In this document: positions 40,403 through 54,707 of the stretch, piece after piece
Layout of the letters: every line of letters starts with the position of its first letter
Position numbering within the stretch: the stretch's first letter is position 1
Origin: Octopus vulgaris
Lineage: Eukaryota
Direction: 5' to 3'
Assembly: GCA_951406725.2 (NCBI GenBank)
Contig: OX597838.1
Span: 21,700,001-21,764,000, forward strand
DNA length: 64,000 nt
Program-made: the position numbers and the translations under genes
Notes under the pieces: model-generated
What the model was told of the DNA's origin: nothing
Databases searched by the model: none
What the model saw: only the letters and a program-made list of their open reading frames with translations

Positions 40403-40921
40403 CCAAATTACACTCTCATACATACATACATACATACATACATACATACATACATACATGCATACATACATACATACATACATACATACATACATACATA
40501 CATACATACATACATACATACATACATACGTACATACATACATACAGAAATGGCTCTGACAAAAGTAGCATCAATTTTCGTAGTTCGTCCAATTTTCCTT
40601 AATTAACAAATAGACAAGTTGAGTAAACCTAACAGTAATGTACCTCTAGGGATATTACATGTAATGATCGTTATTTTAAACTTGTTTCTTATATATCACT
40701 CTGTGTAAAAACCAGTTTATATGGAAGCCCATCCAGGGATTTATAATATAGAATTGTGATGAGCCGAAATCTTGGGGCCCTACCGAAAGATTACTTGGAG
40801 TTCTTCTCCAATCTAAATAACATTGTTAATCAGGTGTGCCAACAGGGAGCTTATGAAGTATTTTGACCGGATTGATAACCCCTATTTGTACACCTCCCAC
40901 ACACATATATATATATATATG

Positions 40922-40953
<32 letters not shown>

Positions 40954-41019
40954 TGTATGTACGTATGCATGTGTGTAAGTATATATATATATATATGTAC
41001 ATACATACATAATATATAT

Positions 41020-41262
41020 ATATAAAGTTAATCCAAACAAGAAAACACAGAAAAAAATAGAGAGGAAAAAAAGAGGAAAAAACACAGCAACGCAGGACGT
41101 GGAACAATTAAAGTATTATTGACGCTCAGGAAAGAAGGGAAGGAGGGTTTAACGTTTCGAGCGGAGCTCTTCGTCGGAAACAAGGAGAAGGAAAGATCCC
41201 AAGGAGGGAAGACAGAGGAGAAAATATTTGGGCTGGTGGTGCTTAAGAGATCACATGTTGAA
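41020..41262 (-). mobile_element. Hammerhead-bearing pLTR-like element (same family as 19250 and 27598)
   Basis: Core at 41147-41181 reads gttt-CCGACGA-agagctccgctc-GAAACGTT-aaac; ends GGATTAACTTT at (TA)n. Confidence 0.75.
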
Positions 41263-41350
<88 letters not shown>

Positions 41351-41498
41351 ACGTACAGATGCACATACGTTTATATACACACGGCTACGCACGCACTCGT
41401 GTGCACATACACATATATGAATGAACTCATACGTACCCATACGTATATTCCATAAGCATATGCAAAAATACATATACACAAATACTCACACACACACA

Positions 41499-41573
<75 letters not shown>

Positions 41574-42022
41574 CTTATCTATCTCTTTTTCTCTATATAT
41601 ATGCGTGTATGTGTATGTCTATATATACATAAATAAAAGTACCAGTTTCGCACTGGGGTCGATGTAATCGACTTAATCCCTTTGTCTGTCCTTGTTTGTC
41701 CTCTCTATGTTTAGCCCCTTGGGGGCAATAAAGAAATATATATATATACATACTTACACACACATAAATGAACGTGCATATATCTATGCGTGTTACGTCC
41801 GTATATATACTCACATATATAGACACACCCGTGTATAGACAGGTGCACGAACACGTGTGTACACATACATACATTTCTAAATATACATGTATATATACAT
41901 ACACGCATATATATATGTATATATATATATATCTGTATGTATATATACACACATATATATATATATGTATGTGTGTGTATATATACATACATATATATAT
42001 ATATATATGTATGTGTGTATAT

Positions 42023-42059
<37 letters not shown>

Positions 42060-42109
42060 CATACATGCATACATACATACATACATACATACATACATAC
42101 ATACATACA

Positions 42110-42141
<32 letters not shown>

Positions 42142-42511
42142 CATATGTTGAATACTGCTTACGTGTTCGCTTCCGTTTCCTCTATCTCCGCCATATTTAT
42201 TTTAGCAAGAAGCCCTAGATCCAGAGATAACACAGACCAACCTTGTTCCTGAGATGGCACTTCACACGACATAATTATTGTTGTTGTTGCTGCTGCTGCT
42301 GTGGTTGATTATGTGGTTGTCGTTGTTTTTCCTGTAAGCGTCGTCGTTTCATAATAAAAGTTATCTTATACAAACTCAGTTATTTATCATTATCATAATT
42401 ATTATTATTATTATTATTTTTACGTCACATCTCCCTCATCATGTTTCCTTCTTTTGTGACGATCAGGAAATCGGACTCTTTTGAATCAGCCGATCCTTTC
42501 CCCTTTTCTCC

Positions 42512-42544
<33 letters not shown>

Positions 42545-42670
42545 ATTCTCTATCCTTTCTTTGTGTATATCTCTGCTAAGTCGTGATGGTTGCTTGAATG
42601 GATACAATGATAAATGGATGAATTGATGAGTGGATAGATAGAATGATTGCCATATGTGTGTGTATAAGGG

Positions 42671-42768
<98 letters not shown>

Positions 42769-42828
42769 CCTACCTACATACCTACATACCTACATACCTA
42801 CATACCTACCTACCTACCTACCTACCTA

Positions 42829-42859
<31 letters not shown>

Positions 42860-42891
42860 CCTACCTACCTACCTACCTATCTATCTATCTA

Positions 42892-42929
<38 letters not shown>

Positions 42930-43340
42930 CCAGAGTAAGCATATAAAAGTGAAACACGGTGAAAAAAATAGTACTCGAATACCGGGCTGTTGTATGTGTG
43001 TGGGTGTATTTAAGTGTCGTGTAAGAGTATTTGTGTGTGCGTGCATGTGTGTATGAGTGTGTGTGTAACAGTATATCTGTACGTGTGTATGAAAGAGTGT
43101 CTAGGAGTGTGTGGTGAATAGGGGTCTTTGAGTGTGTGTAGGTATGTGTATACGTATTTATGAGTGTGTGTGTGTATGTGTATGTCTGTGTTTTAATATA
43201 TGCTGTTGAGAGAGGGAGATTGCATGTGGTAGTAGGGTGGGATTCAGGGTATGTGTGTGTTAGTTTCATACAATGTATGAGATAACTCACAGATATACAC
43301 CCGACGATACACACACGCGCGCGCGCGTGCACACACACAC

Positions 43341-43530
43341 ATATTCCCTTACAGCTGTTTCGATTTTGGAAACATAACATTAATGACCTAACGGTACATC
43401 TTTTCTACTCCTCTGATGAGATTTCGCCCAATAGAATGATTTAATTCCTGGAATTTAATCTTTGGGCAAAATCGAAAAAGCTGTAACAGAATATGTTGAA
43501 TTTTTGTAATTAATAAATTATATTAAAGGT
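43341..43530 (+). mobile_element. pLTR-like element with long-stem-II hammerhead (43409-43490) and inverted partial copy
   Basis: CTGATGA-gatttcgcccaa...ttgggcaaaatc-GAAA-aagct-GTA; 43341-43368 is the reverse complement (25/28) of 43467-43494. Confidence 0.7.
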
Positions 43531-43697
43531 ACATCTCCATTTTCTGAATTTTAATTTGAACATATACATATGTACGTGTGTATGTATGTATGTATGTATG
43601 TATGTATGTATGTATGTATGTATGTATGTATGTATGTATGTATGTATGTATGTATGTATGGATGGATGGATGTATATATATATATATTTATACATAT

Positions 43698-44017
43698 GAA
43701 GGCGTATGGCTCAATGGTTAGAGCGTCGAGCTTACGATCGTGAGGTTGTGAGCTAAAACTCTGGTCCGGGCTGCGTGTTGTGTTCTTGAGCAAGACACTT
43801 TATTTTACGTTGCTACAGTTCACTCAGCTGTAGAAATGAGGTGCGACGTCACAGGTGCCTTTGCCTTTCCCTTGGATAACACTGGTGGCGTGGAGAGGGG
43901 AGACCGGTATGCATGGGCGACTGCTGGTCTTCCATAAACTACCTTGCCCGGACTTGTGCCTGGGAGAGTAACATTCTAGGTGCAATCTTATGGTCTGTGG
44001 CGTGACCGAAGGGGGTT
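43698..44017 (+). mobile_element. tRNA-derived SINE family D with CORE-like domain
   Basis: TGGCTCAATGGTTAGAGC head; TGTGTTCTTGAGCAAGACACTT...CACTCAGCTGTAGAAATG; related remnant at ~31463-31595. Confidence 0.7.
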
Positions 44018-44655
44018 TCAGATATCAGTGGCAACGCTACTCGGGCTCATCATAGATTTCGCATAAGACACATGCTTGTTCGAAGAATTTCACATTTCCC
44101 TGTAATATTTCTAGCCCCAAATGGCTTTTTTTATGTCTGTGACTATGTCTTTACCTATTTCTAAGTTACGGGTAAAAATAAAGCAACCCTACAAAACACA
44201 ACTGATCTCTACACTTAGATGCACAGAATAACAGCAATCAAATAACAACAGCGGAGTGCACAACAAACATTACCGATCTGACTGTCTCCTGTACTCTTGA
44301 CAAGAGATACCTGTTAGTCTTTTACACCTACCAGGCTCATTCGTATTAGCCCGAGTTGCTGGATAATTTTTCGTTCCTTTAAGAATATTGTAGAACAGAA
44401 ACTTTTCATAGATTGGAATTTAAATCCTAATCTCTATCGAAATTTATTGTTTCAAGAAATCATTGAATTTGAATTACTTTTAATTTTTTACGATTATAGA
44501 TAACAACTTGGGCTGTAACTTTTGAGCCTGAGTCAGCCGCGTGTGAAAGATGTCGAGTGAACGTCTGTTACGAATATTTTTTGACCCAGGGCACTTCAAA
44601 GACGACCACCAGATGCTGAACGAAAATAAATAAACTGCGACCAGGCGCAATAAAG

Positions 44656-44955
44656 TGGAGGCTCAATAGCCCAATGGTTAGGGCAGCGGACTCGCAGTCG
44701 GAAGATCGCGGTTTCGATTCGCAGACCGGGCGTTGTATGTGTTTTTTGAGCGAAAACACCTAAAGCTCCACGACGCTCCAGTAGGGGGTGGTGGCGACCC
44801 CTGTTGTACTCTTTCGCCCCAACTTTCTCTCACTCTCTCTTCCTGTTTCTGGACTGGCGTCCAGCTGGGGGGGGGGGGGCCCAACACATACGCCACAGAA
44901 ACCGGGGAACCAGGCCTATGAGCCTGGCTAGTCGTGAAAAGGGCGCATAAATAAA
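44656..44955 (+). mobile_element. SINE family B (tail type 3)
   Basis: Family B head; TSD-like GG(C/T)GCAATAAA flanks. Confidence 0.85.
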
Positions 44956-45132
44956 AAGGTGCAATAAAAGGAACCGAAGTTATGGGCTGAAATCTCTTAC
45001 CTGAAGTCAGTGTTATCAGAAAGTAAATAAACTTTCAAATACACGTTCACTTTATTAAATTTATACTCGGGCTAAGCCGGAACAGCCCGAGTGCCGGAGT
45101 CGCTACTGGTATATATATGTGTGTGTATAGTG

Positions 45133-45183
<51 letters not shown>

Positions 45184-45588
45184 ATATATGTATGTATGTA
45201 TATGCGTGTATGTATTTTGCACTTGTGTATACAGTCATAGACTTATATATGTGTATGAGTATGTGTATGTACAATAAACAAGTTATTGAACTTTTCAACC
45301 TTGGAACTTCTTTAATCCATGTTTTTTTTTCTAATTTATAAAAACAAACTCACGCCTCTATCAATTATTAATTATTAATTATTAATTAATCTCCTTTGTA
45401 TATGCATTATTCCCTTCTTCACTCAAGGTTTTTTTTCCTTATTATGTAATATAATATATCTATATTTTACTGTTTTATTTATACACCCCCAACCTGCCGA
45501 ACCGTTAGCGAAAACAGTACTGTTTTATAATTTGAAAGTAGGTTACCTTATCAAATTCAAACATTTATTCGTCAAATTGAATCATATC

Positions 45589-45999
45589 AGGCGCAGGAGT
45601 GGCTGTGTGGTAAGTAGCTTGCTAACCAACCACATGGTTTTGGGTTCAGTCCCACTGCGTGGCATCTTGGGCAAGTGTCTTCTGCTATAGCCCCGGGCCG
45701 ACCGAAGCCTTGTGAGTGGATTTGGTAGACGGAAACTGAAAGAAGCCTGTCGTATATATGTATATATATATATGTATGTGTGTGTTTGTGTGTCTGTGTT
45801 TGTCCCCCTAGCATTGCCTGACAACTGATGCTGGTGTGTTTACGTCCCCGTCACATAGCGATTCGGCAAAAAGAGACCGATAGAATAAGTACTGGGCTTA
45901 CAAAAAGAATAAGTCCCGGGGTCGATTTGCTAGACTAAAGGTGGTGCTCCAGCATGGCCGCAGTCAAATGACTGAAACAAGTAAAAGAGTAAAGAGAGT
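45589..45999 (+). mobile_element. SINE family A, full length
   Basis: As 38006-38435. Confidence 0.9.
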
Positions 46000-46131
46000 A
46001 ATATCAAATCATATACACAATAGTCAAAATACCTCGGTGTTTATGCAAGTGCGTATGTACATAATTTTCTTTGAGTTTAATCTAAGTTCTTCTCGAGAGA
46101 GAGTTGAAGTCGGTACCCAACAAAGCGATAC

Positions 46132-46445
46132 GTGGAGGCACATGGCCTAGCGGTAGTAAGAGCAGCGGACTCGCGGTCGAGGGATCGCGGGTTCGAATCT
46201 CAGACCGGGCGATGTGTGTGTGTTTATGAGCAAAAACACCTAAGCTCCACGCGGCTCCGGCAGACCGTAATGGCGAACTTCTGCTGACTCTTTCGCCACA
46301 ACTTTCTCTCACTCTTTCCTATTGCATCTAGCAGCTCACCTGCGACGGACCGGCGTCCCGTCCAGGCGGGGAACCTATACGCCAAGGAAACCGGGAAACC
46401 GGCCCTTATGAGCCAGGCATGGCTTGAGAATGAACAAACAACAAA
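46132..46445 (+). mobile_element. SINE family B variant (tail type 3)
   Basis: Matches 20313-20600 reversed. Confidence 0.85.
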
Positions 46446-47427
46446 GTGACAAGACATATTTTTCAGTTAAGAGACTTAACGGCATTTGTATATATATATA
46501 TATATATATATATATTTAAGTAGGTGAATGAATTATCCTAGTATGGATAATTCGGTTAATCGATACCCGGGTAGCAAATTCACGTCAGAAAACACGGTTG
46601 AAGCTACATGCCAAGGGCAGAAATCCCTTGTTCTCGTGTGGAAATTTGTGTGTTTTTTTTAACTATAAGTAAATGAAAGAATTGAGTCGAACGACGATTT
46701 TAACAAAATTCCTTTACTCTCGACATATGTTTCGAAGACTGCATATTCTTAATTCCGAAGGTTGAGTCGCATACATCAAAGTGTGTGCATCTATTCACAC
46801 AAAAATCTCAGATGAAGAATATTTAGAATGCTTTACAGATAGCCAGCCGATCGCGGGGTTCTTTCCTAGCCTTTCTGTCGAACTGCTGTACGTCCCGGTT
46901 CGGCTCAAACGTCCGCTGGATTTTTTTCTCTCCACAGTTTCCGCGCGCTTGTGTGTGTGTGTGAGTGCGTGTAGAGATAAGCGCTTGTACATACACTTGT
47001 TCGTGAATAACCATTGTTTTGGCTTTGTTGTGGCAATGAAGAGAAAGCGTAAATTACGCTGTATGTGTCTAAACGTTACAAGTAGATCATTATTTGTTCA
47101 TAAATATGTGTCAAGGGCAGCGGTTACGTAGATTTCCTCTACAATTTATACTCAATTACTATTTTGTATAATAATACTTCATAATTTATTTCTGGTTCTC
47201 CCCTCTCTTTCAACTTTCTCTTTCTCTTACTTCCTCTCACTCTCTTTCTTTCTCTCTTTCTCTTTCTCACTCGCTCTTCATTGTCTTTCGCTCTCCGTTG
47301 CTCTCTATCTGGTTATCTATCGCTATCTCTCTCACTCGCGTCCGTCCCTGCTCATCCTCTCAACCATTATCTTCCTGTCAAAACCGTTACTGTGAGGTTT
47401 TGAAAATTTTCTTAACCCATCCTTGCA

Positions 47428-47509
<82 letters not shown>

Positions 47510-47566
47510 CTCTCTCTCCCACACACACAATACAAAGACACGTATCACACACAAGCATATATTTAT

Positions 47567-47613
<47 letters not shown>

Positions 47614-47668
47614 CAGTCACTCATACACATTCGCAAATACCCCCCCCACCCATATATATATACATATA

Positions 47669-47726
<58 letters not shown>

Positions 47727-47754
47727 TGAATATATATATACATATATACATGTA

Positions 47755-47848
<94 letters not shown>

Positions 47849-48157
47849 CATACATACATACATACACATATATATATATGCATACAAGCATACAGGAATA
47901 AATGCTTACATACAAATGCGCACGCGCAGTAAGATTAACACACCTCCACACATCTACTTAATAGCTCAAAAACCGGATGTACTCACTAATCCTGCGAAAC
48001 GTCAAGATCAAAGAAAGTAAACATAGACACGCAGAGTATACTTACACACACATTAATACATGTGTATGTATGTATGTATGTATGTATGTATGTATGTATG
48101 TATGTATGTATGTATATATGTCATTTTTCAGTTTTATTTCAAGATTTCTTGCCAATA

Positions 48158-48760
48158 AAGGTGGCGAGTAGCACGCCGGGCGAAATGCGTAGCCGTATTT
48201 CGTTTGCCGTTACGTTCTGAGTTCAAATTCCACCGAGGTCGACTTTGCCTTTCATCCTTTCGGGGTCGATAAATTAAGTACCAGTTACGCACTGGGGTTG
48301 ATATAATCGACTTAATCCGTTTGTCTGTCCTTGTTTGTCCTCTCTGTGTTTAGCCCCTTGTGGGTAGTAAATAAATAGGTATTTCGTCTGCCGTTACGTT
48401 CTGAATTCAAATTCCGCCGAGGTCGACTTTGCCTTTCATCCTTTCGGGGTCGATAAATTAAGTACCAGTTACGCACTGGGATCGATATAATCGACTTACT
48501 CCCTTTGTCTGTCCATGTTTGTCCCCTCTATGTTCAGCCCCTTGTGGGCAATAAAGAAATAAGAAGCGTTAGCACGCCGAGCGAAATGCTTAGCGGTATT
48601 TCGTCTGTCTTTAGGCTCTAAGTTCAAATTCTACCGAGGTCGACTGTGTGTTTCATCCTTTCTGGGTCGATAAATTAAGTACCAGTTGCGTCCTGGGGTC
48701 GATCTAATTGACTGGCCTCCTCCCCCAAAATTTCGGTCCTTGTGCCTAGAGTAGAAAAGA
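48158..48760 (+). mobile_element. Trimeric family C SINE
   Basis: Three head-to-tail units; junctions AAATAGGTATTTC (~48375) and AGAAATAAGAAGCGTTAGC (~48555). Confidence 0.85.
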
Positions 48761-48844
48761 TTTCTTACCAATAGAGAAAAAGTCGGTTTCTAACCTAGAT
48801 TCACAGCTTCTTCATTGGAATTCCAACCTCAACAACAGGGAATT

Positions 48845-49415
48845 TTCCTTGGTCTGTGGCCGAGGACTGTGAGGTCTGAGGTGGTGTGGTCGTTCAAGCG
48901 AAAATGACGGACAACATGGGTGTTCTTACGTAGATGAATGTCTGGTATTTGTTCGGTGAACCGGTCGGTTAGCCGGCGACCCGTCTGACTAACGTAAAGT
49001 TTATTGGAAAGATTGCACCTGATGCAGTAAATGAGGCTTGAAGAAGTGCAGGAAGAGTTGCTAATGTAGAAGGTGTGCTGGTTGGATCTAGTGAGAGAGG
49101 TCTTGTGGGTGAAGAAGGGACAGGTATGCAACAAGGGAAGGATCTGGGTCGGTTTGGAATGGGGAGAAAGCCCTGGAATAGTAGATCACATAGGTTACGG
49201 GCATGTTTGAAGGAGGGCAAGGGTGGGTTCAGGAAGGTAGGGAGGGTGGTGGGATCTAGCTGGAGGCGATGGAAGGCCCGCAGGAGGGAAAAGACGGTGT
49301 GGTTGGAGGATCGGTGTGGGGAAGAATAAGAAGGGCGGTAGTGCGATCGATTTGACGAGTGCTATTTGGAGAAGGGTGGATGGAATCTGCGGCGCATGAA
49401 CAAGATGGCCAGGTA
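48845..49415 (-). pseudogene. Penelope-like element fragment (linker plus GIY-YIG endonuclease)
   Basis: PSFKHARNLCDLL; SCTSSSLIYCIRCNLSNKLYVSQTGRRLTDRFTEQ..DI...VVRHF...H...DLTVLG. Confidence 0.85.
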
Positions 49416-49778
49416 TTGGAAAAACTTTTCAAAAAATTCTGGAAATCTTTTGAAAGAAATTTTGAAAAACATTTTGAAAGAAACTTTGAAAAACTTTTGA
49501 AAAATTTTTCACAAAATATTTTAAATGAAATTTTGAAAAAAAAATTAACGAAAGTTTGAAAGCTTTTTAAAAACTTTTGAAAAACTTTTGAAAGAAATTT
49601 TGAAGAACTTTTGAAACAATTTTTCAAAAAATATTTAGAAAGAAATTTCGTAAAAATTTTTAAAGAAATTTTAAAAACCTTTTGAAAAACTTTAAAAAAG
49701 AAATTTTGAACAGCTTCTGCAAAATATCTTGAAAAATCTTTTAAAAAATTTGAAAAAAATTTTGAAGAACTTTTTTCA
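49416..49778. repeat. Degenerate ~12-bp A/T-tract tandem array (TTTTGAAAAACT / TTTTGAAAGAAA), ~30 units
   Basis: Directly visible. Confidence 0.85.
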
Positions 49779-49951
49779 TGACTTCTCTTACTGCTACGAA
49801 TAGCTTCTATCCCTCCGTTATTCACCAATATCTCCTACCTACCTACCTACCTACCTACCTACCTACATACATACATACATACATACATACATACATACAT
49901 ACATACATACATACGTACGTACATACGTACATACATACATACATACATACA

Positions 49952-49983
<32 letters not shown>

Positions 49984-50463
49984 CATGCTTATATATGCTT
50001 GTATAAGCGAGCCCGGACTATTTATTCTTTGGTGACTTACTGACCAAATGACCGTAGGGGATTCTTCTTGCCTCCCAGAGGTGAAGAGTTACATTTGTCT
50101 TCGGCTTTAGAGTCTGACGATTCGTTCACTGGGCTAATTCCTTTGTGTATGCAAAACCGCTGGTCACTCTATGGCCGGACATAGACTTAACTACTTATAT
50201 ATATATGTGTGTATCTATATATGCATTATGTATGTATGTATGTATGTATGTATGTATGTATGTATGTATGTATGTATGTATGTATGTATGTGTGTGTGTA
50301 TGTATGCATGTATGTATGTATGTATGTATGTATGAATGTATGTATGCATGTATGTATGTATGCATGTATGTATGTATGTATGTATGTATGTATATAAGAA
50401 TTTTTTGCGTAATAAGATAAAAAAACCAAGGCTGTGTAGATATTAGAGCATTTATAGGTAGAA

Positions 50464-50518
50464 GGTCTTAACAGCTATTTCTAGGATATTTATTAATTAT
50501 ATCCCTTCATCGGAGACG
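50464..50518 (-). ncRNA. Hammerhead-like core, CCGATGA variant
   Basis: Reverse complement gtct-CCGATGA-agggatat(aattaataa)atatcct-a-GAAA-tagctg-TTA-agac; stems I and II pair. Confidence 0.55.
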
Positions 50519-51650
50519 GTGTCAGAGGATAGTTAAGTCATGTATATATGTATATACATGTATGTGCATATATTTGTGTGCTGTATTTATGAATGTTGAA
50601 TGTATACACACATACACAAACGTATGTGTGTGTGTGTGTGTAAATGCTCGTGGTAATTAAGAGTTCGGCTGTATATAAACATACATGTCATCTACAATGC
50701 AAATGCAGTACAGAATGCACATACATGCAGGCGCAAATGCATAAGACAACGACTCAAGCAAGCAGGTATGCGACGGTGGTGCAGGCGAGCGACATGATGC
50801 GACATGGCAAAAACCAAAGAGAGAGGGGGAGAGGGGAGTGAAAGAGACAAGGACTAAGAGAAAGAGAGAGGGGAAGGGACGGAGAGAGAGACAGAGAGAG
50901 ACAGAGAGAGAGAGATACAGAGAGACAGAGAGAGCGTCAGAGACTGAGAGAGGGGGAGATGTGTGGTTTATTGGGAGAAGGAAGGTGGGTGGTTCTGGAA
51001 GGGTTGAGTAAGTCGAGCCTCAAGGAAGACGTCTGGATGTGTGTGTGTGTGTGTGTGTGTATCTATGTGATTGTATGGACGTGTTCCTGTATATGTGTGT
51101 GTGCGCGTCTGTGTGGTGCGCGCGTGTGCGTGAGTGCGTGTGTGTGTGCGCGCGTGTATGTGCATGTGTGCGCGCGTGTGTGAGCGTGTGTGCGTGTGCG
51201 TGTACGTGTTTGAGAGTGTGTGCGTGTACGTGTGTGGTGTGTGTGTGCGTATGTGTGTGTGCGTGAGTGTCCGTATGTGTGTGTGTGTACGTGCGTGTGC
51301 ATGTACGTGAGTGCGTGTGTACGTAAGTGTGTATGTGTGTGTGCGTGTGTGTACGTGCACGTAAGTGCGTGTGTGTACGTGTGTGTGCATGTGTTCGCGT
51401 GCACATGAAAGTGTGTGTGTGTGTGTGTATATGGGTGTGTGCGTGTGTGCACGCGTGTGAGTATGTGTGCGTGCACATGTGTATGCGCGCGCGCGCGCGT
51501 GTGTGTGCGTGAGTGTGCGTCCGTGCGTGCGTGTGCGTCTTCCAGTTAAGTGTCGTAGAAGGACATTGACACCAACATCAGTAACAGATTGAACAACAGC
51601 AGCAGCAGTAGTAGCAACAGCAGCAGTAGCAACAGCAGCAACAGCAGTAA

Positions 51651-51681
<31 letters not shown>

Positions 51682-51849
51682 AGCAGCAGCAAATACGACA
51701 AGAGAAACAACAGCGTCAACAATGCTTGTGATGACGATGACATCGAAAGAAACTGAGAGACCGGAAACACTAACAATGCTGGTGGCGGCGGCGGCGGAGG
51801 TTTTTGTGGCGGTGGTGGTGATGGCGGTAGTAGTAGTAGTAGTAGTAGC

Positions 51850-51894
<45 letters not shown>

Positions 51895-51907
51895 TGTTGT
51901 TGTAGTT

Positions 51908-51950
<43 letters not shown>

Positions 51951-51974
51951 AAGTAGTAGTTGTTGTTGTTGTAG

Positions 51975-52018
<44 letters not shown>

Positions 52019-52885
52019 GATGGTGGTGATGGTGGTGCTGCTGATGATGAGGAGGAGGAAGAGGGGTAGGATGAGGTGTAGGAGGGTTGATTTAATCCCA
52101 ATGCCAACAAATTGGAGGCAAAAGGGATCAGTTGATACCGTTGCCCCCCCCCCCCCAGTTCTTCACTGGTATTCGAGTTTATCGACCACGTAAAGGATGA
52201 AAAGGATGAAAGGTAAAGTTGTCGCCGGCGCAATTCGATCTCATAACATAAAGACGCAGAATAAGTACTATAATACAACTGCTATACAAAGGGAACGGCA
52301 CACAGCCAATTCTGTAGAGATATTAACAAATTGCCTCTGAGGATAGCCATGCGAACGTTCAAAAACATCGCCATACTGAGATCTGTAAATATTGATGATT
52401 TCAAATTTTGGTGCAAGACCAGCAGTTTGGGGGCAGGGTCTAAGTCAACTGCACTGACCCCGGTATTCAACTGGTACTTATCTTATCGACCCCGAAAAAA
52501 TGAAAAGCAGATCGACCCCGGCGGAATTCGAACTCAGAATATAAAGACATATGTGATGTCGCTAGGCATTTCGCCCCGCGTGCAACTGACCGTGCCAATT
52601 CGCCACATTTGGATCTGTAAATATTATATTCTTTTCTATTCTAGACACAAAGCCCGAATTTGATCTTAGAATGTAAAGACGGACGAAATACCGCTATGCA
52701 TTTTGTCCGGCATGTTAACGATTCTGCATTTTGAACGGAATGGGCTGCGTGACTTAAAGAAATTTCTAACTAGGCGCCACCTGAGCTCCATGCACTGTTT
52801 CTCTTGATATAGGGTCACCATGTTTCGCAAATACGTTTCTGATGTATAAGTACGCTCATCAGACGATCAATCATTATGGGTCTAT

Positions 52886-53770
52886 CAGGACAGACAAAGG
52901 GATTAAGTCGATTACATCGACCCCAGTGCTGGTACTTAATTTATCGACTCCGACGGAATTTGAACTCGGAAGGTAGCGGCGGACGAAATACGTATTCCTT
53001 TACTACCCACAAGGGGCTAAACACAGAGGGGACAAACAGGGACAGACAAACGGATTAAGTGGATTGTATCGACCCCAGTGCGTAAATGGTACTTATTTAA
53101 TCGACCCCGAAAGGATGAAAGGTAAAGTCGACCTCGGCGGAATTTGAACTCAGAACGTAGCGGCAGACGAAATACCTATTTCTTTATTACCCACAAGGGG
53201 CTAAACACAGAGGGGACAAACAAGGACAGACATAGGTATTAAGTCGATTACATCGACCCCAGTGCGTAACTGGTACTTAATTTATCGACCCCGAAAGGAT
53301 GAAAGGCAAAGTCGACCTCGGCGGAATTTGAACTCACAACGTAACGCAGACGAAATACCTATTTCTTTATTACCCACAAGGGGCTAAACACGGAGAGGAC
53401 AAACAGCTCAGACAAACAGACTAAGTCGATTACATCGACCCCAGTGTGTAACTGGTACTTAATTTATCGACCCCGAAAGGATGAAAGGCAAAGTCGACCT
53501 CGGCGGAATTTGAACTCAGAACGTAACGGCAAACGAAATACCTATTTCTTTATTACCCACAAGGGGCTAAACATAGAGGAGACAAACAAGGACAGACATA
53601 GGTATTAAGTCGATTACATCGACCTCAGTGCGTAACTGGTACTTATTTAATCGACCCCGAGAGGATGAAAGGCAAAGTCGACCTATGCGGAATTTGAACT
53701 AGGAACGTAACGACAGACGAAATACGGCTACGCATTTCGTCCGGCGTGCTAACGTTTCTGCCAGCTCACC
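52886..53770 (-). mobile_element. Tandem array of family C SINE units (~183-bp period; 4 units plus a partial)
   Basis: Junction GAAATAC-CTATTTC at ~53170, 53352, 53536 (variant at ~52985); A-box head only at 53720-53770. Confidence 0.9.
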
Positions 53771-53939
53771 TGAAGGAATAACAATAATCTACACTGACAG
53801 CTTGATTAGCTTTCTAATTTAAATAACAATGGTGGTGCTCTTGAAAGCGGGGACGGGAGACGATGGTGGTGGTGGTGATAGAGGTGAAGGTGGTGATAAT
53901 GATGGTAGCTGTAACGAATCTCTAGTAGTAGTAGCAGTC

Positions 53940-53997
<58 letters not shown>

Positions 53998-54265
53998 AGG
54001 CGCCCGTGGCGGTGGTGGTTGCGGCGGCACCGGCGACCGGGTTGGGATTTCTTCGTCGCTTGCGGAGATGACATCTTCCGTCTCGTATTTCAACCCCGAT
54101 TCATCTGCCTCTGCCCCGGATTCATAATTTCACTGTCTGTCCGTCCGTCCGTCCGTCCGGCTGTCTCTCCCTCCCTTTCTCCTTCTCTCTTCCTCTCTCT
54201 CTTTCTCTTTCTCTCTTTCTCCCTCTCTTCCTCTTCCTCACTCTCTTTAGCTCTTTACCTCTCTT

Positions 54266-54296
<31 letters not shown>

Positions 54297-54362
54297 CTCT
54301 TTTTCTCCTCCCACTCTTTCTCCCTCTCTTTCTCTCGCTTTCTCTCTCTCCCCCTCTCCTTC

Positions 54363-54397
<35 letters not shown>

Positions 54398-54674
54398 CAC
54401 TCTCTCTCTCTTTCTCTCCCTCTTTTTCTCTCTCTCTTTCTCTCCCTATTTTCTCTCTCTCTTTCTTCCTCTCCCTCTTTTTCTCTCTTTCCCTTTCTCT
54501 CTCTCTCTCTCTCTCTCTGTATAAATATGTGCGTGTGTGTATGAGTGAGTGCGTGAGTGTATGTCTGTAAGTATGTGTGTGCGTGAGTGAGAGTAAGAGG
54601 GGAGTGTATGTGTGTCTGTGAGTGAGTTTGTGTCTTACTGTCTTTCCCCCTCCTCGCGATTCTCTATCTTCCAT

Positions 54675-54707
<33 letters not shown>

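Noticed and set aside
45063-45110. Helitron-like 3' hairpin (ACTCGGGCT...AGCCCGAGT, CTGG)
   Set aside because: No matching 5' end identified
50968-52278. 436-aa minus-strand ORF (also 54713-55687)
   Set aside because: Concatenated SSRs plus a SINE remnant; no domain
53998-54135. Coding-looking acidic peptide on the minus strand (YESGAEADESGLKYETEDV...)
   Set aside because: In-frame stop immediately upstream, no usable splice sites, runs into SSR
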